Source: Acidimicrobiales bacterium
GTDB lineage: Bacteria > Actinomycetota > Acidimicrobiia > Acidimicrobiales > Bin134
Reading direction: 5' to 3'
DNA length: 64,000 bases
Assembly: GCA_965231915.1 (NCBI GenBank)
Contig: OZ246892.1
Coordinates: 2,443,247-2,507,246, forward strand
This document shows positions 44,999 through 54,778 of the stretch, piece by piece (position 1 is the first letter of the stretch; each line of letters opens with the position of its first letter). The notes beneath the pieces were generated by a model. It had not been told where the DNA came from. It saw only the letters and a list, made by a program, of their open reading frames with translations, and did not search any database. Both the position numbers and the translations under genes were made by a program.

Positions 44999-46147
44999 TC
45001 AAGGCCAAAGCTGGTCCGAGGCCAGAGCTTCATGGAAGTACTCGAGGGGCCAGACATGGATGCCGTCTTCGGTTTGGAAGTGGTGGGTGCCGTTGTAGAT
45101 GAGGATGCGGCGGGCCAAGCCGGGGAGGTCGGCTATGGCTCGTAGGCCCTTGAGCATCGCGGTGTTGTAGCGGGCTGCGGCTTTGACTTCGATCGCCAGG
45201 TGCTCGCCGTCGCGGGTAAGTACGAAGTCGACTTCGGCGTTGGACTCGGTGGGCGACCAGTAGGCGATGGCATCGAACACGCTCTGGGTCACATTGTGGG
45301 TCCTCAGCAGCCCATAAACCCAGCCCTCCAACAGAGCGCCTCGCTCTTCGGCGGCAACCGGGCCGAGTTGGCGCTTAGCCGCCCGCACCAACCCCGGGTC
45401 GACCCAGTAGAGCTTGGGACGCTTCCGCTCGCGCACTCGGAGCTTGGCCTCGAACGCCTCTACGCGAGTGGCGAGCAGTGTGTCCTCTAGCACCTCCAGA
45501 TAGCCAGCCACGGTGGGTCGGGCAACCCCCGCATCTCTTGCCAATCCAGCCACATTGAGCGTCTGGGCATGCATCAGCGCGGCCACCGGGAGGAACCGAA
45601 TGAAGCCAGGCAGATTCCGCACTGCGGCCTCAGCTCTGATCTCCTCGCGAAGATAGAGCTGGGTGTAGCTCTCCAAGACTTCACGGCGGTCATCGGCCGC
45701 CCACACCAGCGGAATGGTCCCGAAACTGAGGGCGTCGTCCAAATCGAAATCGCCACCCAACTCGGCCGGGGTGAGCGGATACATGGCCTTGTGGGCTGCC
45801 CGCCCGGCCAGCAGATTCGTGCCTGCTGTCTTGAGTTTCCGAGCGCTGGAGCCCAGCAGAGCAAAGCGCAAACCTCGTTCTTCGATCTGACGGTGAACCT
45901 CATTGAGCAGGGCGGGAATGCGCTGCACTTCGTCCACCACTATCCACTCATCAGGCTCAGCGCCCGACAGGAGGTTTCCGAACAGCGCTGGATCAGCCAG
46001 CAAATCTGTGTAAAGGGCCTCGTCGAGCAGGTCGAAGCGCGTGGCGTCGGGCAGCATCATGCGCACCCAGGTGCTCTTGCCCACGCCGCGCACGCCGAAC
46101 AGGAAGAAGCTCCGCTCGGGAACCGGCAAGAGCCTCGTGTATACCAT
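44999..46147 (-). CDS. AAA ATPase with DUF4143 domain (AAA_14/DUF4143 family)
   Basis: Walker A FGVRGVGKST, Walker B WIVVDEVQ, and the typical C-terminal ...AEVDFVL...AIEVK block. Confidence 0.85.
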   Translation of the reverse strand: MVYTRLLPVPERSFFLFGVRGVGKSTWVRMMLPDATRFDLLDEALYTDLLADPALFGNLLSGAEPDEWIVVDEVQRIPALLNEVHRQIEERGLRFALLGSSARKLKTAGTNLLAGRAAHKAMYPLTPAELGGDFDLDDALSFGTIPLVWAADDRREVLESYTQLYLREEIRAEAAVRNLPGFIRFLPVAALMHAQTLNVAGLARDAGVARPTVAGYLEVLEDTLLATRVEAFEAKLRVRERKRPKLYWVDPGLVRAAKRQLGPVAAEERGALLEGWVYGLLRTHNVTQSVFDAIAYWSPTESNAEVDFVLTRDGEHLAIEVKAAARYNTAMLKGLRAIADLPGLARRILIYNGTHHFQTEDGIHVWPLEYFHEALASDQLWP

Positions 46148-46249
46148 TCCACAAAAAATAGCCGAAAAGTGATAGCTATCTATACATTTTTCGATCTACC
46201 CATTTCCCTGGGGAGGCAAGAAACCAGCAGGGTGCGCGAAGCTACGGGG

Positions 46250-47890
46250 ATGAGCACTTGGGTTGATGTGACCACGTATGGGGATCTGGTGGTGCGGGGG
46301 GCGGCGCTGTATGGGGACCAGGATGCGGTGGTGTTCCCCGATACCCGGCATAGCTTTGCGTCGCTGGAGAATGCGGCTAGGCGGTCGGCTCGATCACTGC
46401 TCGGGTTGGGAGTTCGGCCTCAGGATCGGGTGGGGATCCTCATGCCCAACTGCATGGACTTCATCGAAGTCATGTTCGGCGCCTCGCTTATCGGCGCGGT
46501 CCCGGTTCCCATCAATGCCCGCTTCAAGGGGCGGGAGCTGGCCTATGTCACCGAGAACGCCGACCTCAAGGTTCTGGTCACCAGCGACATCATCGACCAG
46601 TTCACCGATTATGTGGTGATCCTGCACGACTGCCTGCCCGGCTTGGCCGAGGCGCTTGACCCGGCCAACCTCGATCTCGGGGTTGCTCCCGAATTGAAGG
46701 CAGTGGTGCTGTTGGGCAGCACCTCCCCCGCCGGGATGGTGGACCGGGGCGCATTCGAAGCCTTGGCCGACGACGCCACCGACGACGAGGTGGAGCTGCT
46801 CCGCAGCCAGGTAGCCATCCGGGACGAGGCCCTCATGATCTACACCTCGGGCACCACGGCCGAGCCCAAGGGCTGCCCCCTGAATCACGAGTCGCTGGTG
46901 CGAACTGCCATCACCGCCTGTCGGACCCGGTTCGAGCTGACCGACACCGACGTGTTCTGGGACCCGCTCCCCCTGTTCCACATGAGCTCGATCCTCCCGC
47001 TCATCGGCTGCCTCGATGCGGGATCGTCCTATGTGACCATCACCCACTTCGAACCGGCGTCGGCCATCTCCCAGATGCGCGATGAGAAGGCCACCGTGTG
47101 CTTCTCCACCTTCCCGCCGGTCACCCAGGCCATGATCAACCACCCCGACTGGGACTCCGACGAGTTCCAGCGCATCCGGCTGGTGAACAACGTGGCGCCC
47201 CCCGACGCCTTGCGGGCCATCCACGCCCTGCTCCCCTGGGCCCGCCACATGAACGCCTACGGGCTCACCGAGTGCGGCGGCGTGGTGGCCTTCTCCGGCC
47301 CCGACGATCCGCCCGAAACTTGGGCCGTGTCTTCTGGCCGCCCGTTCCGGGGCATCGAGGTCAAGATCAAAGACCTCGAGACCCGAGAAACCCTCACCGA
47401 GCCCCACCAAGCCGGTGAGATCTGGGTGCGGGGCTACAACGTGTTCGAGGGCTACCACAAGGATCCCGAGAAGAACGCCGAGTGCTTCGACGACGAGGGC
47501 TGGTTCTTCACCGGAGACATCGGCTCGCTCGACCCCGACGGGCGCATCAGCTACCTGGGCCGCACCAAGGACATGCTCAAGGTGGGCGGCGAGAACGTGG
47601 CCGCAGTGGAGATCGAGAGCTACCTCCAGACCCACCCGGCGGTGGCCATCGCCCAGGTGGTCCCGTTGCCCGACGAGAAGTACCAGGAGATACCGGCCGC
47701 CTTCGTCGAGCTCAAGCCCGGCACCGAGGCCAGCGAGAAAGAGCTGATCGAGTTCTGCCAAGGCCAGATCGCCAGCTTCAAGATCCCCCGCCATGTCCAA
47801 TTCGTCGCCCCCAACGAATGGCCCATGTCCGCCACCAAGATCCAAAAATTCCGCCTGGCCGACAAGCTCCAAGCCGAACTGGGGCTCTAG
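46250..47890 (+). CDS. AMP-dependent acyl-CoA synthetase/ligase
   Basis: Internal ATG (MSTWVDVTTYGDL) of ORF 45569..47890. Motifs IYTSGTTAEPKGC and GWFFTGDIG...GRTKDMLKVGGENV. Confidence 0.9.
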   Translation: MSTWVDVTTYGDLVVRGAALYGDQDAVVFPDTRHSFASLENAARRSARSLLGLGVRPQDRVGILMPNCMDFIEVMFGASLIGAVPVPINARFKGRELAYVTENADLKVLVTSDIIDQFTDYVVILHDCLPGLAEALDPANLDLGVAPELKAVVLLGSTSPAGMVDRGAFEALADDATDDEVELLRSQVAIRDEALMIYTSGTTAEPKGCPLNHESLVRTAITACRTRFELTDTDVFWDPLPLFHMSSILPLIGCLDAGSSYVTITHFEPASAISQMRDEKATVCFSTFPPVTQAMINHPDWDSDEFQRIRLVNNVAPPDALRAIHALLPWARHMNAYGLTECGGVVAFSGPDDPPETWAVSSGRPFRGIEVKIKDLETRETLTEPHQAGEIWVRGYNVFEGYHKDPEKNAECFDDEGWFFTGDIGSLDPDGRISYLGRTKDMLKVGGENVAAVEIESYLQTHPAVAIAQVVPLPDEKYQEIPAAFVELKPGTEASEKELIEFCQGQIASFKIPRHVQFVAPNEWPMSATKIQKFRLADKLQAELGL

Positions 47891-47894
47891 CCCC

Positions 47895-48479
47895 CTACTC
47901 CGCGTAGCCATCGGGCAGTTGGTCGACGTGCCAGATTTGGCTCCTCCACCAGCGCCACTTCCCGGCAATCACATCCTCAACGGTGCAGTGCGGGTGGGGC
48001 TCGAGCCAGTCGATCTCAGAGTCGACGATTTGAAACAGGCATCCGTGCCCTGACTTGGGCCGCACATAGGTCTCCCGCCAGTGCGGTTCGCTCAGGTCGG
48101 TGTCGACCACCTCATAGCCGGTGGCCTCCAAGTCGGCGATAGTCGCCTCCACATCGTCTACGAAGATGGTCACGTGGTGGAACCCCTCCCCATGCTTGTC
48201 GATGAAGCGGCGCAGGTAGCTCTGCTCGTTCAGCGGCTCCAGCAACTCCACCTTCACGGTGTCGGGCAGCTTGAACATGGCGGTGCGGATGTCCAGCGGC
48301 AAATCGTCGCCTCCCATCACGAACTGCCCGCCGAACACATCTCGAAACAACGGCAAGGCAGCCTCGATGGAGCGCACTGCGATGCCGATGTGATCCCACC
48401 GCTGAATGCGGGGCGACACCGCCGGGTTCGAGTCCAGACCGGCCGGATATCCGGCTTCGCCCATTGTTCTCCAGCCCAT
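47895..48479 (-). CDS. VOC family protein (methylmalonyl-CoA-epimerase-like)
   Basis: WDHIGIAVRSIEAALPLFRDVFGG...GFHHVTIFVDD. Confidence 0.75.
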   Translation of the reverse strand: MGWRTMGEAGYPAGLDSNPAVSPRIQRWDHIGIAVRSIEAALPLFRDVFGGQFVMGGDDLPLDIRTAMFKLPDTVKVELLEPLNEQSYLRRFIDKHGEGFHHVTIFVDDVEATIADLEATGYEVVDTDLSEPHWRETYVRPKSGHGCLFQIVDSEIDWLEPHPHCTVEDVIAGKWRWWRSQIWHVDQLPDGYAE

Positions 48480-48543
48480 GGCCGACTCCTCTCGGTGTCC
48501 TTACATTCTTCGGACAGCTTCCAAGTGTGCTATCTAGCAGGGC

Positions 48544-49326
48544 ATGGGCAAACTTGACGAAGCCATCGCCGGACAAAGTGGATTTCCTCGGGTGATGCCC
48601 GGACTCGACCAGCCGCTCACCGTTCCTCAGAAGATCGCCTGTGCCGCCCGCATCCTCGACGCCGAGGGATATGCGCTGGACGTGGCCGGTCACATCACGG
48701 TGGTGCGAGACGACGCCGACGACGGCTCCATGTGGTGCACACCCTATGGGCTGTGGTGGAACGAGATCACCGCCTCCGACATCTTGGCCATCGACGCCGA
48801 CGGCGAGGTGCTGGAGGGCCGCTGGGACGTGACCCCGGCGGTGCATATCCACACCGAGATGCACCGGGCCCGCCCCGACGCCCAGGTCGTGATCCACAAC
48901 CACCCCTACTACGGAAGCCTGCTGTCCACCATGCACAAGCTGCCCGACATCACCGACCAGCAGGCCTGCATGTTCGACGGCGACATAGCCTTGTTCGGCA
49001 CCTACACCGGCGGGGTGGACGACGCCGCCGGGGGCCAGCAATTGGCCGACTCGGTGGGCAGCGCCACGGCGGTGATCCTGGCCAACCACGGCGTGCTCAT
49101 CACCGGCGAGACCACTGAGCAAGCCGTATACCGGGCCTCCAACTTCGAGCGGGTTTGCCGCCTCAACTACGACGCCATGCAGGCAGGCCAGACCCCGGTT
49201 CCAGTGCCCCCTGAGCAGCGCCCCACGCTGAAGGCCGCGGTCAACAGCCACCACATGACGGTCAAATATTTCTGGGAGGGGGCGGTGCGAAAACTGCTGC
49301 GCGAGGCCCCCGAAGTGTTGAACTAA
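48544..49326 (+). CDS. class II aldolase/adducin family protein
   Basis: ASDILAIDADGEVLEG...PAVHIHTEMHRARPDAQVVIHNHPYYG. Confidence 0.85.
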   Translation: MGKLDEAIAGQSGFPRVMPGLDQPLTVPQKIACAARILDAEGYALDVAGHITVVRDDADDGSMWCTPYGLWWNEITASDILAIDADGEVLEGRWDVTPAVHIHTEMHRARPDAQVVIHNHPYYGSLLSTMHKLPDITDQQACMFDGDIALFGTYTGGVDDAAGGQQLADSVGSATAVILANHGVLITGETTEQAVYRASNFERVCRLNYDAMQAGQTPVPVPPEQRPTLKAAVNSHHMTVKYFWEGAVRKLLREAPEVLN

Positions 49327-49337
49327 CGGGCACTTCT

Positions 49338-50951
49338 ATGAGTTGGACAATCAGCCCAGACAGCCCGCGCACCATCGGCACGTGGATCCGCCATAAGGCC
49401 GATGTCAACGGCGACCGTCTGGCCCTCACCGTGGAGGGTCGGGACAAGACCTATGCCGGAGTCCATGCCGACTCCGACCGCCTGGCCGCCGGCCTGGCCT
49501 CACTCGGCCTCGGACCGGGCGACCGCTCCTGTTTGATGATGCAGAACTCCCTTGAGTGCATCGACGCCTGGTTCTCCATGAACAAGGCCGGAGTAGTGGA
49601 AGTACCCATCAACCAGGCCTATAGAGGCCATCTACTGGAGTACCTGATCAGCCAGTCGCGCTCTTCGGCGGTGGTATGCGATGCCGATTATTTGGACCGC
49701 ATCGCCGAGGCGGCTCCGAGCCTTCCCGGCCTAGAGCACGTTGTGGTCAACCGGGCCACAGGCACGGTCGACGCCGGCACCCCCGACTTCCCCAGCCACG
49801 TCACCGTGCATGAGCTATCCGACCTGTACCTAGACTCTCCGCCCCCAGAGCCCGACGTCAACTACCGAGACACCGCAGTCATCTTGTACACCTCAGGCAC
49901 CACCGGCCCGTCCAAGGGCGTGATGCTGTGCCATGAGGCCAATCTGAACCTGGCCCGACACACCGTGGACCTGGTGGGCTATGGCGCCGACGACGTGCTC
50001 TACACCGCCTTTCCGCTGTTTCACATCAACGCCAAGTACACCAGCGTGATGTGCGCCATGGAGGCCGATGCCCGCCTAATCATGGACCGGCGGTTCTCGG
50101 CCAGCCGTTTCTGGGACCGCTGCCGGGCCGAGGGTATCACCGCCTTCAACTACCAGGGCGGGCTTTTGATGATGCTCTGGAAGCAGCCCGAGCGGTCCGA
50201 CGACGCCGACAACCCGGTGCGCAACGGCTTCGGCGCCCCCTGCCCGGTGGAGATCTGGGAGCCCTTCGAAGAGCGCTTCGGGGTCCACCTCTCCGAGGTC
50301 TACGGCATGACCGAGGTGGCCATCACCACCGAGAACCGCCGCGGGGTGCGCAAGATCGGCACCGCGGGCCGTGAATCAGCGCTTTACCACGTGGCGGTGG
50401 TGGATTCCGAGGACCGACCGGTGCCGCCGGGCACCGCAGGCGAGATCGTGGTGCGGCCCAAGAAGCCATACATCATGATCGACAGCTACTTCGACATGCC
50501 CGACGTCACGGTGGAGACATTCCGCAATCTGTGGTTCCACACCGGCGACCGGGGCCGCCTCGACGAGGACGGCTACCTAACCTTCATCGACCGCATGAAG
50601 GACTGTGTGCGCCGCCGGGGCGAGAACATCTCCTCCTACGAGGTAGAAGCAGTGATCAACACCTGCGATGCCGTGCTGGAGTCAGCGGTGATCGGTGTGC
50701 CCTCCGAGCTGGGTGAAGAAGAGGTGATGGCCGTGGTGGTGCTCAAACCCGACCACGAGCTGTCTGAGACAGAGCTGCTCGACTTCTGCGTCCCCCGCAT
50801 GGCCCACTTCGCCGTGCCGCGATTCGTGCGCTGGTGCGACGATCTGCCCAAGACCCCGTCAGAGCGGGTGCAGAAGTTCAAGCTGCGTGAAGAAGGCATT
50901 ACTCCCGACACCTGGGACCGCGACGACGCGGGATACGTGGTGCCCCGCTAG
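49338..50951 (+). CDS. AMP-binding acyl-CoA synthetase
   Basis: LYTSGTTGPSKGV, WFHTGDRG, DRMKDCVRRRGENIS. Confidence 0.9.
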   Translation: MSWTISPDSPRTIGTWIRHKADVNGDRLALTVEGRDKTYAGVHADSDRLAAGLASLGLGPGDRSCLMMQNSLECIDAWFSMNKAGVVEVPINQAYRGHLLEYLISQSRSSAVVCDADYLDRIAEAAPSLPGLEHVVVNRATGTVDAGTPDFPSHVTVHELSDLYLDSPPPEPDVNYRDTAVILYTSGTTGPSKGVMLCHEANLNLARHTVDLVGYGADDVLYTAFPLFHINAKYTSVMCAMEADARLIMDRRFSASRFWDRCRAEGITAFNYQGGLLMMLWKQPERSDDADNPVRNGFGAPCPVEIWEPFEERFGVHLSEVYGMTEVAITTENRRGVRKIGTAGRESALYHVAVVDSEDRPVPPGTAGEIVVRPKKPYIMIDSYFDMPDVTVETFRNLWFHTGDRGRLDEDGYLTFIDRMKDCVRRRGENISSYEVEAVINTCDAVLESAVIGVPSELGEEEVMAVVVLKPDHELSETELLDFCVPRMAHFAVPRFVRWCDDLPKTPSERVQKFKLREEGITPDTWDRDDAGYVVPR

Positions 50952-52171
50952 CCGGCAACAAAATCCGGGTTCGGCGTGAACGTCAGCGGCAGAGAGGTCA
51001 GCCCACGGGTGTACACCCCGGTCTCTACCTGCTCGTAGCCGTCGGCGTAGGCGATGTCGTCCATGGCGTCCAACAGCGCGTCCAAGGCAACGGTCAGCTC
51101 AGCCCGGGCCAGCATCGATCCCACGCAGAAGTGGCGGCCTAAGGCGAACGCGGTGTGGTCGGCTGCGGCGGTGAACGCCTCGTCGAACTCCATGTCGGTG
51201 CGGTGGATGTTGAACCGATCGGGTTCGCTGAATACCTCCGGGTCCCGGTTGGCCGAGCCCAGCAGCAGCTCCAGGGTGTGGCCCGCCGTTACTGTGCCTC
51301 CGGAGAACTCCACGTCTTCTTCCGTTTGGCGCATGATCATCTGCACCGGCCCGGTAAAGCGCAGCGTCTCGGCGAAGGCCCGGCCGATGAGCTGGCGGTC
51401 GGCCCGCACCTCGGCCATCTGCCCAGGATTGTCCAGCAGGTTCCGCATGGTCAGCGTGATGGCCTTCTCGGTGGTCTCCCCGCCGGCGGTCAGCAGCAAA
51501 CTGCAAAAGCCGCGGATGTCGTCGTCGGTCATCTGAACGCCGTCGAACTCCTTGGTCACCATGGCGGTGAGCAGGTCGTCGCCGGGGTTGGCCCGCCGCT
51601 CGGCGATCTTGGGCATGAGGTACTCCCCCATCTCCACCCTGGCCGCCATGCCCCGGCGGTTCTTCTCTTCGTCGCCGGTGATGTTGGACACGAAGTCCAT
51701 GATCATCGTGTACCACTCGTAGAACTGGGGCACGTCCTCCATCGGCAGATCGAGGAGCTGCACGATCACCCCGATTGGGTAATGGGTGCTGAACCGCTTG
51801 CACAGGTCCACCTCGCCGTCGGCCACGAACTCACCAATCTGGCTGCGGGCCGCCTTGGTGATGGCCGGAACGATGCTCTGCTCCAGGTAGCTGCCCCTAA
51901 AGATCGGGTTCACGATGCCCCGGTAGGAAGAATGCTCCTTGCCCTCCATCTGCAAGATGGTGCGCCCGTGGACCGGCTCGGTTTGCCACTCGTAGTTGCG
52001 GCTGGATATCTGAGGGTTGCGGAAGGCACCAGCAACGTCTTCATATCGGCTAATCACGAAGGCCTGGGTGCCTTCGTGCCACATCACTGGATGCTCGTTG
52101 CGCAGCACCTCATAGAGGGGATATGGATTGGCGTCGTACTCCGGGGAGAGGATGTCGGGGGCAGCAGTCAT
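50948..52171 (-). CDS. cytochrome P450
   Basis: Haem-binding FALGRHFCVGSMLA, an ETLR (EXXR) motif, and I-helix LLLTAGGETT. Confidence 0.95.
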   Translation of the reverse strand: MTAAPDILSPEYDANPYPLYEVLRNEHPVMWHEGTQAFVISRYEDVAGAFRNPQISSRNYEWQTEPVHGRTILQMEGKEHSSYRGIVNPIFRGSYLEQSIVPAITKAARSQIGEFVADGEVDLCKRFSTHYPIGVIVQLLDLPMEDVPQFYEWYTMIMDFVSNITGDEEKNRRGMAARVEMGEYLMPKIAERRANPGDDLLTAMVTKEFDGVQMTDDDIRGFCSLLLTAGGETTEKAITLTMRNLLDNPGQMAEVRADRQLIGRAFAETLRFTGPVQMIMRQTEEDVEFSGGTVTAGHTLELLLGSANRDPEVFSEPDRFNIHRTDMEFDEAFTAAADHTAFALGRHFCVGSMLARAELTVALDALLDAMDDIAYADGYEQVETGVYTRGLTSLPLTFTPNPDFVAG

Positions 52172-52239
52172 GGGCCGTATAGTACGGCGGGCTGCATGAA
52201 CAGCAAGAACAGCGAGCCCAGGGGGAAGCGAACAGTCCC

Positions 52240-53109
52240 ATGAGCAAAGTCACCACACTGGAAGAGGCGGCGGCGTCCATACCCGACGGATCAACCGTGG
52301 CCATCGGCGGGCTGTCCATGAACAGCGCCCCCATGGCCCTGGTTCGGGAGCTGGTGCGCCAGCAGAAAAAGGACCTGGATTTGGTGGCCATAGTGGCCGG
52401 CATGGCGGTGGACTGGCTGGTAGCCGGGGGCTGCGTGCGCCGGGTCATGTCCGGGCTGGTCAGCTTCGAGGGTCTTGGCTTGGCCCCCAATTTCCGAGCT
52501 GCGGTGCAGTCGGGGCAAGTGGCCATCGAGGAGTACAGCGAGCATCTTCTGATCTGCCGACTCCAGGCTCAGAGCTACAACCTGCCGTTCATGCCCACCA
52601 AGGCCGGGCTGGGAACCGACGTGCTCGGCTTGCACGCCGAAAGCGGCGCGGTGCGGGAGGAGAAGGATGGCCCCACCGGAGAGCACTACGTGGCCTGCAC
52701 CCGCCTGCCGGTGGACGTGGCGCTGGTCCACGCCCACGAAGCCGACCAGCGGGGCACCACCCGGGTCAACCCCAAGCTGGTGTGGATGGACAACGAGATC
52801 GTCAACGCGGCTGCCCGTTCGGTGGCCTCGGTGGAGCGGGTGGTGGACACTGCGGCGTTCACCGCCGAACCGGAGCGGACGACCTATCCCCGATTCATGA
52901 TCGACACGGTGGCCCCCGCCCCTATGGGGGCCTACCCCTGTTCGTGCTTCCCCGAGTACGGCCACGACTCTGGATTCTTCACGGAGTACTCCATGGCGGC
53001 CCGTGATCCGCAGGACTTCTCGCGCTTCTTCCAAGAGCGAGTTGTGAGCCCGGACACCTGGGAGGACTTCCTGGCCGCCAACAGCGTCTCGACGGGAGTA
53101 TCGCCATGA
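52240..53109 (+). CDS. CoA-transferase subunit A (second copy)
   Basis: LEEAAASIPDGSTVAIGGLSMNSAPMALVRELVRQ...ALVHAHEADQRG. Paralog of 30609..31496. Confidence 0.85.
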   Translation: MSKVTTLEEAAASIPDGSTVAIGGLSMNSAPMALVRELVRQQKKDLDLVAIVAGMAVDWLVAGGCVRRVMSGLVSFEGLGLAPNFRAAVQSGQVAIEEYSEHLLICRLQAQSYNLPFMPTKAGLGTDVLGLHAESGAVREEKDGPTGEHYVACTRLPVDVALVHAHEADQRGTTRVNPKLVWMDNEIVNAAARSVASVERVVDTAAFTAEPERTTYPRFMIDTVAPAPMGAYPCSCFPEYGHDSGFFTEYSMAARDPQDFSRFFQERVVSPDTWEDFLAANSVSTGVSP

Positions 53110-53903
53110 GCACCCCGGTCCCCGGATACGACTGCACCATCGACGAATTGATGGTGGTGGCCTTCTCCCGGGCCATGTCCAACGACACCCGGGCGTTCAA
53201 CGGCGCGGTGTCGTTCATCCCCGTGTGCGGCTATCTGCTGGCCCGGCGCACCCACGCCCCTGAGCTGGTGTGGGCGGCCAGCTCCATCGCCATCGACGCC
53301 GACCCCGATGAGATCGGCGACTCCACCCTGTCGGACTCGCTGTGGGGCGGGGCCTCCATGCTGAGCAACTCCCCCTTCGACTTCTGGACCTACGCCCAGG
53401 GCGCCCGCTACAACACATTCGCCTTCCGGGGGGCGCAAATGGACGCCTACGGCAATGTGAACAACACGGTGATCGGCCCCTACGACGCCCCCAAAGTGCG
53501 TCTGCCCGGTGGCGGCGGCATGGCCGACCTCGGCGCCATGATCCCCCGCATCTACCTATGGTCGTCCACCCACGACCCCCGCACCTTTGTGGATCGACTC
53601 CATTTCCGCTCCGGGATCGGCTGGGGCGACGGCGGCGACCACCGGGAGCGCATGGGCATGCCCGGCGGACCCCAGCTGTGCATCACCAACCTGTGCGTGT
53701 TCGACTTCGAGCCGGCCAGCAAGCGAATGCGGCTGGCCTCGCTGCACCCGGAGGTCACTGCTGAGCAGGTGCAAGACGCCACCGGATTCGAAGTGTTGAT
53801 GCCCGACGGAGACATCCCCACCACCGCACGGCCCACCGCCGAAGAGCTGCACATCTTGCGCACCGAGGTAGACCCGACCAGCGCCCGCCTCCGGGAGTTC
53901 TAG
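53106..53903 (+). CDS. CoA-transferase subunit B (second copy)
   Basis: ATGA overlap. TIDELMVVAFSRAM...GNVNNTVIG. Confidence 0.8.
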   Translation: MSTPVPGYDCTIDELMVVAFSRAMSNDTRAFNGAVSFIPVCGYLLARRTHAPELVWAASSIAIDADPDEIGDSTLSDSLWGGASMLSNSPFDFWTYAQGARYNTFAFRGAQMDAYGNVNNTVIGPYDAPKVRLPGGGGMADLGAMIPRIYLWSSTHDPRTFVDRLHFRSGIGWGDGGDHRERMGMPGGPQLCITNLCVFDFEPASKRMRLASLHPEVTAEQVQDATGFEVLMPDGDIPTTARPTAEELHILRTEVDPTSARLREF

Positions 53904-53905
53904 CT

Positions 53906-54676
53906 ATGCAGGTTCCTGGATCTGTAGCCCTGGTCACCGGCGGCGCCTCCGGGCTGGGCGCCGGTGTGGTCAATACGCTGCTCGACAAGGGCGGTCGGGC
54001 CGTGATCATGGATCTGCCCTCATCAGCCGGGGAGGCAATGGCCAACGAGTTGGGCAATGCAGCCGCCTTCGTCCCCGTTGACGTCACCAACCCCGATGAC
54101 GTTGAACTAGCCGTATCCGCCGCGGCCTCCGCTTTCGGCCGCATCGACGTGCTCGTGAGCTGCGCAGGTATCAGCTCCGGCCAGCGGGTGGTTTCCCGCG
54201 ATGGCACGCCCAATCCCCTCGGGCATTTCCGCAGCCACATCGAGGTGAACCTGATCGGGTTGTTCGACGTGGCCCGCCACGCGGTGTCGGCCATGTCGGC
54301 CAACGAGCCCAATGCCGACGGCGAGCGAGGCCTGATCGTGAACATCGCCTCCATCGCCGGCTACGAGGGCCAGGTTGGGCAGTCGGCCTACGGATCGTCC
54401 AAGGCCGGGGTGATCGGCTTGACCCTGCCCATGGCCCGGGATCTGGCCGTGTGGGGCATCCGGGTGATGTCCATCGCACCGGGCACCATGGACACCCCGA
54501 TGCTGGCCACCCTCAATGAGGAATTCATCGCCAAGCTGGTGGAAGACAACGTTTTCCCCCACCGTCTGGGCACGCCCGCCGACGTCGGGGCGCTGGTGGC
54601 CCACTTCATGGAAAACGTCTTCTTGAACGGAGAGGTCGTCCGGCTCGACGCCGGGTTGCGGCTAACCAGCAACTAG
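53906..54676 (+). CDS. SDR, 3-hydroxyacyl-CoA dehydrogenase type-2-like
   Basis: ALVTGGASGLG...YGSSKAGVIGLTLPMARDLA... Confidence 0.9.
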   Translation: MQVPGSVALVTGGASGLGAGVVNTLLDKGGRAVIMDLPSSAGEAMANELGNAAAFVPVDVTNPDDVELAVSAAASAFGRIDVLVSCAGISSGQRVVSRDGTPNPLGHFRSHIEVNLIGLFDVARHAVSAMSANEPNADGERGLIVNIASIAGYEGQVGQSAYGSSKAGVIGLTLPMARDLAVWGIRVMSIAPGTMDTPMLATLNEEFIAKLVEDNVFPHRLGTPADVGALVAHFMENVFLNGEVVRLDAGLRLTSN

Positions 54677-54722
54677 AAGTGGCGTCCGCTCAGGGCTGCC
54701 CTACGTCTGCCCGATGAGCAGC

Positions 54723-54761
54723 GGCGGCCGAGACGCGGGAGGGGGTGGCGCCTCGGCCGCC
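54723..54761. terminator. bidirectional hairpin between convergent genes
   Basis: A perfect 10-bp stem GGCGGCCGAG ... CTCGGCCGCC with a 19-nt loop, lying between the stops at 54676 (+) and 54779 (-). No clear U-tract. Confidence 0.45.
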
Positions 54762-54778
54762 AGTTGCCATCACATGCC

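Larger units (their letters stand above)
35499..46249. other. defence-type genomic island interrupting the catabolic cluster
   Basis: Contents: hicAB, two MTases, the kinase/receiver pair, an MTase remnant, an HNH nuclease, a hypothetical gene and an AAA/DUF4143 ATPase. Several AT-richer stretches occur. The flanking genes on both sides belong to the same acyl-CoA catabolic theme. Confidence 0.55.

Noticed and set aside
46165-46185. 10-bp perfect palindrome GATAGCTATC in the AT-rich divergent region between the AAA ATPase and the acyl-CoA synthetase.
   Set aside because: It is a single short palindrome in a promoter region with no second copy or partner regulator. It is not distinguishable from chance.
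45569-46249. N-terminal 227 codons of ORF 45569..47890, which would make a 773-aa acyl-CoA synthetase.
   Set aside because: This part is antisense to the AAA/DUF4143 ATPase gene and has shadow-ORF composition. Synthetase homology begins at the ATG at 46250.
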